Assembly: GCA_013375475.1 (NCBI GenBank)
Contig: JABXKD010000019.1
Span: 1 to 47,854, forward strand
Length of the DNA stretch: 47,854 nt
Reading direction: 5' to 3'
Origin: Promethearchaeota archaeon
Lineage (GTDB): Archaea > Asgardarchaeota > Lokiarchaeia > Sigyniarchaeales > SOKP01
The position numbers and the translations under genes are program-made. This document shows positions 17,268 through 27,406 of the stretch, one piece after another. The number at the start of each line of letters is the position of its first letter. The first letter of the stretch is position 1. The notes below the pieces were generated by a model. That model searched no databases. It was not told the DNA's origin and was given only the letters and a program-made list of their open reading frames with translations.

Positions 17268-17936
17268 CTAGAAAAAATCATCGATTTTTTTCTTTTGAGA
17301 CGTGTAGCGCTTCTCTACTCCATTTTTCATTCCTGGAAGATCAAAGCATTTATCGGGAATCATACTTTTAAAATAACGAGAGTTTTCTCTTTCTACAATA
17401 TTTTGAGAATTGTAAAGTGACTCGAAAATTTCTTCGCCAGAAAATTGAATGTTGTCGAAATATGGGACAACTGGGCGCTCTTTACTTACTTTTTCAACAG
17501 TTTCCTTAAGAGGAAGCTTAACTTCTCGAATGTTCCCTTTTTCATTGATTATTCCAGTTCTTTGATTATGTTCGTTATAAAGACAAATTATGCACTGTGG
17601 CCATCTCTCATGAAAATATTTCAATACATTATCCATTACATGATGTTTGAGTAAGACTATTCCATATAATACAGCATGTTTATTTATTTCTGTTCGCGTA
17701 AATTGTTTAGCTCGATAAGCCTCAGTATTTACTTCCCTCATCATTTTTATAATTTTCTTTGCCATGGCTGTTCCTGAGTTTCGCAAAGATACTTCTGGTA
17801 TTGTCATGACTTGTTTTAGTAAATCTAGATGGAACTTGGAGTGTCGGGGAAGATTGGCGATCAATTCCTCCCTAGAATAGCCTTTTGCTCGTCCTACTAC
17901 TTTTAGTGAATCTTCACAATTATTTTCATTTTTCAT
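17268..17936 (-). CDS. DUF4130-family probable DNA metabolism protein
   Basis: EV..EAYRAKQFTR, HHV...YFHERWP and LYNSQNIVERENSR motifs; directly downstream of the radical SAM gene, the usual partner. Confidence 0.8.
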   Translation of the reverse strand: MKNENNCEDSLKVVGRAKGYSREELIANLPRHSKFHLDLLKQVMTIPEVSLRNSGTAMAKKIIKMMREVNTEAYRAKQFTRTEINKHAVLYGIVLLKHHVMDNVLKYFHERWPQCIICLYNEHNQRTGIINEKGNIREVKLPLKETVEKVSKERPVVPYFDNIQFSGEEIFESLYNSQNIVERENSRYFKSMIPDKCFDLPGMKNGVEKRYTSQKKKIDDFF

Positions 17937-17948
17937 ACATTAACCTCT

Positions 17949-19241
17949 CTAATTCATAAAATTCTGGATTGTAGTTTGATTATATCCATTTATTTTAAGG
18001 TATGGATCAGCACGTTTCAATATAACGCCAATTGATTTAAGGTCTTGCCGACGGTTAAGAGATATTTTTTGTTTCCTCAGATTAATAATTCTTTTTGCAG
18101 ATATTGGACCTATACCAGGCACTCTGATTAAATCTTGGTACGACGCAGTATTGGGGTCTACAGGGCCGCGATCTTTAAAGTAATCTTTCGCTAGGTGTAT
18201 TTTTGGATCACCCCTCGGTAAATTTCCCTCTTCATTAATAACTTCTTTCAAATCGTTTAATTTGTAGTGATAAATTCTTAATAGCCAATCAGTTTGATAC
18301 AATCGATGTTCTCTTTCTAAAGGAGCTGCTTGTTTTGCTGACAAAGGAGTTCCTTGTATTGGGATAAATGAGGAAAAATATGCGCGTCTTAAATCAATAA
18401 CCTTATAATCGTTATCGATCCTCTTAAGCAAATCCCAATCTGTTTCATGTTCAGCTGCTCCTATAACAAATTGTGTAGTTTGTCCGCTGTTGAGAATTGG
18501 AGCACCATCCCAACGAAATTTCTTATATCCATCTTCTCTGCGATCTTTTATCATCTTTTCTTGGAATTTTATCTCCTTATCCTGTTTTAGATCTTTCATG
18601 ATTTTTAAGGCTTCATCGTTATGTCTAATACGAATCTGCTTTAGCCATCTTTGGCGTAAAATAATATCATTATGAAAATCTTTTTGTTCTGCAATTTCAG
18701 CAAGATGTTCCTTGGTAGAGGCTTCTGAATTTATTGAAATCCGATCAGAGAGGGTTATAGCTTCTTTCAAAAGAGATTGGCTCACCCCAGGTAGCGCTTT
18801 AAAGTGAACATATCCTTGAAACTTATACTTAAACCTTAATAGCCGAATAGCTTCAAGCATATCCTCTGTGGTATCATCAGCGCTCCCACATACTCCTGAT
18901 GAGATAAAAACACCTTCAACTACGTTCATTGAATATAATTTCATGAATGTGCGAGCATATTCTTCGGGAGTAAAACTGAGTCTTTTTTTACAGTTATGAG
19001 AAAAGCAGTATTTACAACTATAAATACATTTATTAGTATAGAGGGTTTTAAATAAACTCATACAACGACCATCGGGCGTATAACTATGACAAATACCTGC
19101 ACTAGCTGTATTACCTATAAAATCCTTGGAATCTCCAAAGAGTTTTGGATATTTATCCGTACGGCTAGATGCCGTGCTAGCACATATATCATATTTAGAA
19201 TTTTCTCCTAAAATCCTGATTTTCTCTAAAGTAGACGGCAA
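17949..19241 (-). CDS. Putative DNA modification/repair radical SAM protein with C-terminal helix-hairpin-helix
   Basis: KYDICAS, GICHSYTPDGRC, CIYSCKYC, GQTTQ, REHRLYQ-DWLLR-Y, VPGIG; GAGGAG precedes the TTG start. Confidence 0.93.
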   Translation of the reverse strand: MPSTLEKIRILGENSKYDICASTASSRTDKYPKLFGDSKDFIGNTASAGICHSYTPDGRCMSLFKTLYTNKCIYSCKYCFSHNCKKRLSFTPEEYARTFMKLYSMNVVEGVFISSGVCGSADDTTEDMLEAIRLLRFKYKFQGYVHFKALPGVSQSLLKEAITLSDRISINSEASTKEHLAEIAEQKDFHNDIILRQRWLKQIRIRHNDEALKIMKDLKQDKEIKFQEKMIKDRREDGYKKFRWDGAPILNSGQTTQFVIGAAEHETDWDLLKRIDNDYKVIDLRRAYFSSFIPIQGTPLSAKQAAPLEREHRLYQTDWLLRIYHYKLNDLKEVINEEGNLPRGDPKIHLAKDYFKDRGPVDPNTASYQDLIRVPGIGPISAKRIINLRKQKISLNRRQDLKSIGVILKRADPYLKINGYNQTTIQNFMN

Positions 19242-19432
19242 TTTACTCCTCGAAATTTACATTATGTTAATATCTGCTATGATATCACTTGAAAATTAAT
19301 TTATAAATAGGGAGTCTAAAATAAATTATAGTTTATGAATATTTTAATAAAAAGAAAAAAATACCTTCTTGAATTAATATTTAAAATTATCGAAGGGAAA
19401 CATTTTTTAGTCTAATTTTTTGTTTTCTAGGT

Positions 19433-19819
19433 ATGAATACCTCCTTTAATAATGATGATGATAGTTTTGATGATGAAGATGGTGATGATGATTTTGATAA
19501 TGAAGATGGTGATTCTGACAATGAATTTGATGGAGTCAAAGATTCAGATGAGGATGGATTCAGTGATGCTTACGAAGAATTCATAGGATCAGATCCTCAG
19601 GATCCAACGGATTTACCTTTTTATCCCTATGAAGATCTCACAGAAACTTATCCAAAAAAAATAAAAACTAAAACAATGCCTACTGCTGGAGAGAAAAATC
19701 AACAACCAATAAGACTTGCGAGAAGTAGTCCAACTAGAAATAAATGCTTGATCTTTCTAATTATATTCATGGTCTTCTTAATTTTGACTCCCTTCCTTTT
19801 TTTTATTATCCTTTCTTAA
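19433..19819 (+). CDS. Acidic protein with a Ca-binding-like DxDxDG repeat and a C-terminal TM anchor
   Basis: Asp-rich N-terminus, DSDEDGFSDAYEEFIGSDPQDP, hydrophobic last ~23 residues. Confidence 0.7.
   Translation: MNTSFNNDDDSFDDEDGDDDFDNEDGDSDNEFDGVKDSDEDGFSDAYEEFIGSDPQDPTDLPFYPYEDLTETYPKKIKTKTMPTAGEKNQQPIRLARSSPTRNKCLIFLIIFMVFLILTPFLFFIILS
19465..19518 (+). repeat. Two-copy 27-bp imperfect tandem repeat (FDxEDGDxD)
   Basis: ttttgatgatgaagatggtgatgatga / ttttgataatgaagatggtgattctga. Confidence 0.8.
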
Positions 19820-19844
19820 GGAAAGGATTATTATATGGCATACT

Positions 19845-21662
19845 ATGCCATATTATACTGGAGGAGAAATAATTACCAAATATTTGATAAAAGAAGGTAT
19901 GAAATATGTTATAGGCATACCTGGTCATGGTAATTTACCACTAGTTGATGCGTTTTATAGGGATAGAGATAAATTGCAATTGATTCAACCTAAGCAGGAG
20001 ATGGCAGGAGTACATCTTGCTATTGGATATTATAGAGTCACAGGTAAACCTTTGTGTGTTTTCACATCGATAGGACCCGGTGCAATTAATACAGCTATTG
20101 GTATCGCTGATGCTTTCGTAGATTCTTTTCCTTGTCTTGTAATCACAGGAGACACCCATGTGCATATGAGAGGAAAGGGAGTTCTTCAAGAAATAGAAAG
20201 ACAAAAAGATTCGAACATGCCAAAAATCCTAGAATCAATCGTAAAACGTAGTTTTGAGGTTGATACAATAGGGCAGCTACCCACTGTAATGCAACGAGCA
20301 TTTAATATCATGTTAACAGGACGGAGAGGGCCAGTGCATATAGATTTACCTATGGATGTACAGGCTAACTGGATTGATACTGATATTCCAGCCCCTTTAG
20401 AGCGAAGATCCTCAGGAAGAATAATGGCTGATCCTAAAAATATTAAAGTAGCAGCAAACTTACTAAAAGAAGCAAAAAGACCAGTAATTCTTTTAGGAGG
20501 CGGTGTTGTTACATCTGTAGCCTTTGATGAAGTTAAAGCATTAGCTGAAAAGATTGGAGCTGGTGTTATATGTACAATGATGGCAAAAGACGCATTTCCA
20601 AACGATCACCCTCTATTTTGTTGGGCTACTGGTAGTAAGGGAACAACAGTCGGTTTAAAAATGACATCTAATTCTGATGTTCTGCTTGCTGTTGGTTGCA
20701 GATTTGCTGATCAAACAGCGAGTTCATACAAGGATGGAATAAGTTTTTCGATTCCTCCAACAAAATTGATTCAAATAGACATTGATCCCCATGAAATTGG
20801 AAAGAACTATCCTGTTTCAGTTGGAGTAGTAGGGGACGCGAAAGCGTGTTTACGACAAATTTTAGGAGACCTCAAAGACTATTCTGTTGACTATAAGACA
20901 ACTGATTACTATAATGAAATGCAAGACGAGAAAATGAAATGGTTTAAATCTCTTGATGAGTTTCGAGATGATTCCAAAGTACCAGTAATGATTTCCACCG
21001 TTTTAAGAGAAATTCGTAAGTTTTTCGATAGAGACGCAATAATTGTGACTAGTTCAGGTAATGTACAAGCTCAGATGATTCAAGAATTAGAATTTTACGA
21101 ACCTAAAACGTGCTTTACTGCTGGAGGGTTCTCTACAATGGGATATAGCGTTCCAGCCGCAATAGGTGCTAAAATTGGGGTTATAGATACAGGAAAATCT
21201 GATCGCCAAGTAGTTGCGCTCGTAGGAGATGGTGATTTCATGATGACAATTTCGGAAATATCTGTAGCAGTTCAATTAGGCTTATCTAACATCTTCTTTA
21301 TAGTATTAAACAATCATGGGTGGATTGCTATTAAAGACTTACAACAAGCTGCTTTTGGTGAGGATCGTAGTTATGGAACAGCTTTTGAAGATATGGATGG
21401 GAACTCTTACACACCCGATTTTGCTAAAATTGGTGAAGCCTTTGGTTGTTACGCTGAAAAAGTCTCAAAAAAAGACGAGATAATTCCTGCATTAGAAAGA
21501 GCTTCCAATTCAGGAAAACCTAATGTCATTGAAATCGAAGTTCAAAGGGAATATCCTTATACTGGTTCTCCTGCTGTTGGCTGGTGGGATGTACCGAGAC
21601 CTGCTTATCTAAAAGGATTGAGAAAACAATACGAAGAAGAATTAAAAGAAGAAAAACTATAG
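19845..21662 (+). CDS. ThDP-dependent enzyme of the acetolactate synthase superfamily with IolD-like signatures
   Basis: GIPGHGN, catalytic Glu (QEMAG), TSIGPGA, GDGDF...LNN ThDP motif, C-terminal WWDVP. Confidence 0.85.
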   Translation: MPYYTGGEIITKYLIKEGMKYVIGIPGHGNLPLVDAFYRDRDKLQLIQPKQEMAGVHLAIGYYRVTGKPLCVFTSIGPGAINTAIGIADAFVDSFPCLVITGDTHVHMRGKGVLQEIERQKDSNMPKILESIVKRSFEVDTIGQLPTVMQRAFNIMLTGRRGPVHIDLPMDVQANWIDTDIPAPLERRSSGRIMADPKNIKVAANLLKEAKRPVILLGGGVVTSVAFDEVKALAEKIGAGVICTMMAKDAFPNDHPLFCWATGSKGTTVGLKMTSNSDVLLAVGCRFADQTASSYKDGISFSIPPTKLIQIDIDPHEIGKNYPVSVGVVGDAKACLRQILGDLKDYSVDYKTTDYYNEMQDEKMKWFKSLDEFRDDSKVPVMISTVLREIRKFFDRDAIIVTSSGNVQAQMIQELEFYEPKTCFTAGGFSTMGYSVPAAIGAKIGVIDTGKSDRQVVALVGDGDFMMTISEISVAVQLGLSNIFFIVLNNHGWIAIKDLQQAAFGEDRSYGTAFEDMDGNSYTPDFAKIGEAFGCYAEKVSKKDEIIPALERASNSGKPNVIEIEVQREYPYTGSPAVGWWDVPRPAYLKGLRKQYEEELKEEKL

Positions 21663-21674
21663 ATGTGATATTAT

Positions 21675-22967
21675 ATGGCTACTAAAGATTATTCGGAAAT
21701 CTTTAAAGAGAAGAGTATTAATTATATACAATTTCAATTTACAACGATTTTCGGAGAGTTTAAAGGAGTTGACTTCCCGGTAGAAATTTGGGACATTATG
21801 AAGGATGGGACTGGTATCGACGGATCAAGTCTTGGGTTTTTAAAAACAGAGCAAAGCGACATGAAAATTGTTCCAGATTTAAACACATTTGCAATAATTC
21901 CATGGAATTCTAAAGTTGGGAGGTTTATCTGTGATGTTACTGACAATAAAGGTAAAGCTTACCCTACCTGCCCACGAGGGATATTAAAAAGAATTCTTGA
22001 AAAATCGGTTTCATTTGGTTATGATTTCTTAACAAGACCAGAATTGGAATGGTATTTCATAACCACCGATCGAAAGCCTGCTGATACAGGAACTTACATG
22101 GATATTCCTCCTAAAGATCAATTTAGTGAATTACGCCTTCAAATTTCAAGTGCAATGATGAAAATGGGTATTGGAATAAAGACTATTCACCACGAGGTAG
22201 GACCAAGTCAACATGAAATTGAATTTTTGCCTAACAATGCTCTAAATCAAGCTGATAATGTTCAAACAGCAAAAGTGATAATTAAAAATGAAGCTAAAAG
22301 TAAGAGTCTAATATCTACATTTATGCCAAAACCTTTTCCATTAGTAGCAGGAAGCGGTTTACATATACATCAATATTTAGAAAAAGATGGAAAGAATATT
22401 TTTGCTAATGCAAACGCAGGTATAAGTGATCTTCTCCGTTATTATATTGGTGGGATTCAAAAGCATGCCGATGCGATCTCGGTCATTTTGAATCCTATTA
22501 CTAATTCGTACAAGAGACTAATTCCTAATCATGAAGCACCAGTTCATATCTCTTGGGGTATAGGTAATAGAACCGCATTAATTCGCGTACCTGGATACGA
22601 AAAATCTGTTAGAATTGAATATAGAGCTGGTGATGCGACAATGAATATTTACTTAGGAACAGCTCTATTACTCGCAGCTGGCTTAGATGGAATAAAAAAG
22701 AAAATCGAACCAAACACGCCCGTTACAGAAAATATTGATAGTTTAACAACGGAAGAGCGTCAAACCTTAGGAATTAAAAAATTGCCCCAAAATCTGTCTG
22801 AAGCTTTAGAATCTTTCGGGAACAGTAAATTCATCCTTAAAAATCTAGGAAAACAATTAGTAAATATATTTATGGATATTAAGAGTAGAGAGATTGAAGA
22901 TTATCAAATGGCGGAAAATGAAGGAAAAGGTTCGGAGTGGGAACTAGAAAATTATTTACTACTTTAA
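21675..22967 (+). CDS. glnA: Glutamine synthetase type I family protein
   Basis: DGSS, PELEW, HHEV...QHEI, FMPKP, GSGLHIH, NSYKRL, EAP, NRTALIRVP, RIEYR; a gamma-glutamyl-amine ligase role cannot be excluded. Confidence 0.88.
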   Translation: MATKDYSEIFKEKSINYIQFQFTTIFGEFKGVDFPVEIWDIMKDGTGIDGSSLGFLKTEQSDMKIVPDLNTFAIIPWNSKVGRFICDVTDNKGKAYPTCPRGILKRILEKSVSFGYDFLTRPELEWYFITTDRKPADTGTYMDIPPKDQFSELRLQISSAMMKMGIGIKTIHHEVGPSQHEIEFLPNNALNQADNVQTAKVIIKNEAKSKSLISTFMPKPFPLVAGSGLHIHQYLEKDGKNIFANANAGISDLLRYYIGGIQKHADAISVILNPITNSYKRLIPNHEAPVHISWGIGNRTALIRVPGYEKSVRIEYRAGDATMNIYLGTALLLAAGLDGIKKKIEPNTPVTENIDSLTTEERQTLGIKKLPQNLSEALESFGNSKFILKNLGKQLVNIFMDIKSREIEDYQMAENEGKGSEWELENYLLL

Positions 22968-22973
22968 AAAAAG

Positions 22974-24500
22974 TTATTTATAGATCGCGTAATTTTCTTC
23001 TAAGTCTTTTCTAAGGTTTTTTGAAAGATTATATTTTTTCGCATAAAGCTCAAAAATAATGATATCTATTGATTTCTGTTCCTCAGTATAATCGTAAGAT
23101 AAATTGTTTTTTTTATTTTCAATTATCTTTTTAACCAATGAACTTACTTCATCGTGGGTACTTCTATCGGGTTTAATAAAAGGTAAAGAGTGTATTCCAG
23201 TTAGTTGAATGCTATTAGTGTTGTTTAAAATGCCTTTTGAAAGATAATTATATAATGAACTATTCAATAATCCCAAAAAATAATCAATTGAGATTGAACT
23301 GTCCTGAACGATAAATCCCATTGCTTTATTAGAATCCCAATAGCAACCCTCAGGCATATAACGTGCAGCTAATCTCGAACTAATCCCGCTTATAACTATC
23401 CCTTCCTCTCCAAAAGGAACAGATTTGGGAATATCGTATATTGAGATTGAGTCTTGTTCCCAATCTAAAGCTTCCATAATAGGTCTATGATATTGTTCCC
23501 CGCCACCTCTTTTTAAATAAGGTTTCCATCTTTTTTTTTCCAGTTCAAGGCGAGTAATTACTTTAAAATTCTCACTTTTTTTTTCCAATTTGCGTTTCTT
23601 TCTAAAAATACCAGAAAGTTCAGTGTTTTCAATCGCAGCTATGAACTTTTTATTATTATGAGTGTGCATACCGATGTAACCCTTTAGAAAAAGCTCTAGT
23701 TTAGGTGCATTTTCGAATAAATCTAAAATTTGTTCTTCAGCGTTTACGAAAAATATGTTAAAAGGAAGTGCCTTATACCTTTTTTGTTTAATCTCAATTA
23801 TTACGGGAGGGTTCCAATACTCTTTCTCACTTTTAATACGAGGGATAATTTTCATCAGATTATTATCTCGGACTTGCTCATTTTCCTCTTTAGAACATTT
23901 AGTAAGAAAAAATATTACAGGGTATGTGCTAACATTTTGTCTATCAAACAAATTAATTGGAGCAAGTAATATTTCATTTATTATACAGTTTTTAAGAATA
24001 AAGCTTCTTAATTTAGAATGAGTGCTCAATGTTAAAAAAGAATCACTTGTAATGAAACCTAATTTCCCGCCCTCTTTCAAACGCCAGATACTATTTACTA
24101 TAAACATTGAATATGTTTCATGAGCATTGATCTTTCCATAAATTTGTTTTAGTTTAGCTCTATTTTTCCTCACATAACTGCTTGCCTTATTTAAATATGG
24201 AGGATTTCCAACGATAAAATCATATTCTCCATAACATTCTGAATTAAACGAGAGCAAAGTATCTATAAACTTGAATTTTACACCTAAATCTTTAATATTA
24301 ACTTTATAGTTCGAGTTTACGTCATGACAGAAGATTTGTGTTTTATCAACACCAGCCTTTAATAAAGACTTAACAAAAACTCCAGGACCTACACACGGAT
24401 CTAATACTTTTTGATTATCTGAAATATTTCCCAATTTGGACACTATGTAATCTGCGGTTATAGGGGGTGTTAAGACCACGCCTAGTTCCTTTACGTTCAA
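22974..24500 (-). CDS. N6-adenine DNA methyltransferase (gamma class, TaqI/Eco57I-like) with C-terminal target-recognition region
   Basis: GVVLTP (motif X), LDPCVGPG (motif I), VGNPPY (motif IV), YFLGLLNS. Confidence 0.88.
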   Translation of the reverse strand: MNVKELGVVLTPPITADYIVSKLGNISDNQKVLDPCVGPGVFVKSLLKAGVDKTQIFCHDVNSNYKVNIKDLGVKFKFIDTLLSFNSECYGEYDFIVGNPPYLNKASSYVRKNRAKLKQIYGKINAHETYSMFIVNSIWRLKEGGKLGFITSDSFLTLSTHSKLRSFILKNCIINEILLAPINLFDRQNVSTYPVIFFLTKCSKEENEQVRDNNLMKIIPRIKSEKEYWNPPVIIEIKQKRYKALPFNIFFVNAEEQILDLFENAPKLELFLKGYIGMHTHNNKKFIAAIENTELSGIFRKKRKLEKKSENFKVITRLELEKKRWKPYLKRGGGEQYHRPIMEALDWEQDSISIYDIPKSVPFGEEGIVISGISSRLAARYMPEGCYWDSNKAMGFIVQDSSISIDYFLGLLNSSLYNYLSKGILNNTNSIQLTGIHSLPFIKPDRSTHDEVSSLVKKIIENKKNNLSYDYTEEQKSIDIIIFELYAKKYNLSKNLRKDLEENYAIYK

Positions 24501-24527
24501 ATCTCCAATCTTTTAATTTTTTAATAT

Positions 24528-25739
24528 TTAATCTTTACTCTTAATTTGGTCATCAAATACTATTAAGTTGTCGATAATAGTTTCACAAAGCCTTCTTAAC
24601 AAAGAAATATCTACTTTATCAACTGTATCATGAACTGAATGAATGTGCTCATAACATTCCAAATCACCAAATCCAATGCCATGAAAGTTCTTTTTTTTTA
24701 GATAATAACCATCAGTATGGGAACCAAACGGAATTTTCTTAGGGTTACTTTTGATTACTAAGCTTTTGTTATTTTTAACAAACATACTAAAAATAGATTG
24801 GACTTGATCCGATGTATTATTATCTGGAAAGAAGTATGAACTTTCGGCGATTGAATCAAAATTAAAAATTATGGATTCTTCTTTATTGAGGTGTTTAATT
24901 TTTTGGTAGAAATTCCTAATTCCCATGGTTCCACATTCTTCTGCTCCTGTAAACACGAACCATAAATTAAAATGTTTTAATCTGGAATCTGGATTTGAAA
25001 AATATGAGAGTAATTCGAATACGCATGCGATACCTGATGCGTTATCAATAGCACCTTTAGAACTATCATTTGTTGTATTTAGTAGAAATAATATTGCAGC
25101 TATAAGGTTTACTGCTAATGGGATGATTCCAATAATGTAAAAAAACAAAGAAAATAGAGTCAAAATATAATTCTTAATTAAAACTACAATTAAGATAATC
25201 ACCCCTGAAAATACCCATGTTCTTATAATTCTAACTCGATAAAGAATAGAAAATCTTTGTCCTTTAGAATCAAGATGACACATAAACAATATATTTTTCT
25301 CTACGGTAGTTGTTTCTTTAAAAGTAGGGTCTAACTGACTTTTTTTTGGATTAGAAACGACTTTAACATAAAGATTACTAGAATTTAGTAGCTTTGGTAA
25401 TCTCATCGATTCAGGTTTAGTCGCAAGAAAAAATAAAATAACTAATATGACGCTACTTATCATTAAAAGAAGGGGTATAATGATTGTAGTAAAATTAAGA
25501 TAAAATAAAAAGAGAATAACGAATCCCAATAAAAAAGCTACTTTTGGGTAAATTCGTCCAAAAAATGTACTAAACATAAAGTCTTGGATCATGGGCTTAA
25601 GATTCAAATCTTCCACTCTTTTGAGAGCCAGCTTTAATGCTTTTCTCTCTCCTTCTGTTCCAGATAATCTAGGAAAAGAAAATGTTTCTAAATTTTCTTT
25701 AATACGATTTTCATCAAGCATTATAATCAGGGTGTGCAT
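24528..25739 (-). CDS. M28-family metallopeptidase with inserted TM hairpins (paralog of 10854..12128)
   Basis: FSFPRLSGTEGE, CHLDSK, GAIDNASG, GAEECG, NFD, HTD, IHSVHDTVDK. Confidence 0.88.
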   Translation of the reverse strand: MHTLIIMLDENRIKENLETFSFPRLSGTEGERKALKLALKRVEDLNLKPMIQDFMFSTFFGRIYPKVAFLLGFVILFLFYLNFTTIIIPLLLMISSVILVILFFLATKPESMRLPKLLNSSNLYVKVVSNPKKSQLDPTFKETTTVEKNILFMCHLDSKGQRFSILYRVRIIRTWVFSGVIILIVVLIKNYILTLFSLFFYIIGIIPLAVNLIAAILFLLNTTNDSSKGAIDNASGIACVFELLSYFSNPDSRLKHFNLWFVFTGAEECGTMGIRNFYQKIKHLNKEESIIFNFDSIAESSYFFPDNNTSDQVQSIFSMFVKNNKSLVIKSNPKKIPFGSHTDGYYLKKKNFHGIGFGDLECYEHIHSVHDTVDKVDISLLRRLCETIIDNLIVFDDQIKSKD

Positions 25740-25741
25740 AT

Positions 25742-27406
25742 TTAATTTAAGTAAGCTCCGATTTTTGCAGAACTTACTAATTTTCGATAAATAGCTAAAT
25801 ATCCTTTCTCAATTTTAAATGTAGGTTTTTTCCAATTTTTTAATCTTTCTTCGATTTCTTCATTAGATATTAGAATGTTAAGTTGACGATTCTCCAAATC
25901 GATTTCAATTTCATCTCCATCTTGGACGATTGAGATTGGTCCTCCTTCATATGCTTCGGGACAAACATGCCCTATACATGGACCTCTCGTGGCACCTGAA
26001 TACCTACCATCAGTTATCATTGCAACAGAATTTCCTAATCCCATACCCGTTAAGATTGCAGCTGGTATTGATAATTCCCTCATTCCAGGACCGCCTTTTG
26101 GCCCCTCATACCTAATAATTAATACATCTCCTTCTTGTATTTTATGGCTCATTAACGCTTCCTTCAAATCTGCTTCCGAATCATATACTTTAGCAAACCC
26201 TTTATGATGCCTCATCTTGATGCCAACAGCACTCTGTTTTACTACGGCTCCTTCTGGTGCTAAATTTCCTTTCAAAACAGCAATCCCTCCTTCTGGAGAG
26301 ATCGGATCGTTTAGTTCTCGAATTATTTGATACTCTAAAGGCTTTATTTTCGTTAGATACTGTTCTAAAGTCTCTCCGAATACATTTAAAGTAGATAAAT
26401 CTAAGCAATTCGACAATTTCTTCATTAAAACTTTAACACCTCCTGCTTCATGGAATTCTGTGAGATTGTATTCGGATGAAGATTTTAATTTAGTTAACAA
26501 GGGAACTACTTTACTAAATTCATCAAAATCAAAATGGTTTAAATTACCTCCAATTTCGTGAGACAACGCACACATATGGAGAATCATATTCGTTGATCCT
26601 CCAAAAGACAAAGCTACTTTACAAGCGTTACTTATTGATTCATGAGTTATTAAATTTAAGGCAGTAATCCGCTTTTCAACCAAACTGACGATTATTTTTC
26701 CTGTTTCAGTGCTCAATTTTTCTTGTTCTTTCCCTAAAGCAGTTGTAGTGGAACTGTTTGGTAAGGAAAGCCCCATTGCTTCAACGATGCATGCCATTGT
26801 GTTAGCAGTTCCCATCATGTTACACGCTCCTGCAGAACAGCAGGTTTCTGATTCAATAAGATGCAGTTCTTCCTTAGTGATTTTATCTGCTTTATATTGG
26901 CCAATTGCTTCTTTTATATCAGAAGTTACATAGGTTTTTCCCTTTAACGGGCTTTTTTCGAAAGTTTTAGGTATCATAATACCTCCCGTGAGAAAAATAG
27001 TTGGTATATTGCACCTTGCACTAGCCAAGAGCATGCCTGGGATTATTTTGTCGCAAGAACATATCATAACCATACCATCAAAGTTATAAGCTTCTATTGT
27101 ACTTTCAATTGATGCTGCTATTATCTCTCGACTGGGTAAAACAAAGTTTGAATTCTTACCTGAATTAGCAATCCCATCACATATGGCAATTGTATTAAAT
27201 TCCATTGGAGTCCCTCCAGCACCTCTTACTCCGTCTTTTACGAGTTCACTCAGAGTGCGTAAATGAATATGGCCTGGATTTATTTCGTTCCATGAATTTA
27301 CAATTGCTATTAGTGGTTTTTCCATATCCTGATAAGAATATCCACATCCTCGCAATAAAGCTCTTCTGTAAGTTAATAAAGTATCTTCCATTTTTTTTTC
27401 TGACAC
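25742..27406 (-). CDS. ilvD: Dihydroxy-acid dehydratase (IlvD/Edd family)
   Basis: PGHIHL, CDG, CDK, C...[29 protein letters not shown]. Confidence 0.92.
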   Translation of the reverse strand: MSEKKMEDTLLTYRRALLRGCGYSYQDMEKPLIAIVNSWNEINPGHIHLRTLSELVKDGVRGAGGTPMEFNTIAICDGIANSGKNSNFVLPSREIIAASIESTIEAYNFDGMVMICSCDKIIPGMLLASARCNIPTIFLTGGIMIPKTFEKSPLKGKTYVTSDIKEAIGQYKADKITKEELHLIESETCCSAGACNMMGTANTMACIVEAMGLSLPNSSTTTALGKEQEKLSTETGKIIVSLVEKRITALNLITHESISNACKVALSFGGSTNMILHMCALSHEIGGNLNHFDFDEFSKVVPLLTKLKSSSEYNLTEFHEAGGVKVLMKKLSNCLDLSTLNVFGETLEQYLTKIKPLEYQIIRELNDPISPEGGIAVLKGNLAPEGAVVKQSAVGIKMRHHKGFAKVYDSEADLKEALMSHKIQEGDVLIIRYEGPKGGPGMRELSIPAAILTGMGLGNSVAMITDGRYSGATRGPCIGHVCPEAYEGGPISIVQDGDEIEIDLENRQLNILISNEEIEERLKNWKKPTFKIEKGYLAIYRKLVSSAKIGAYLN

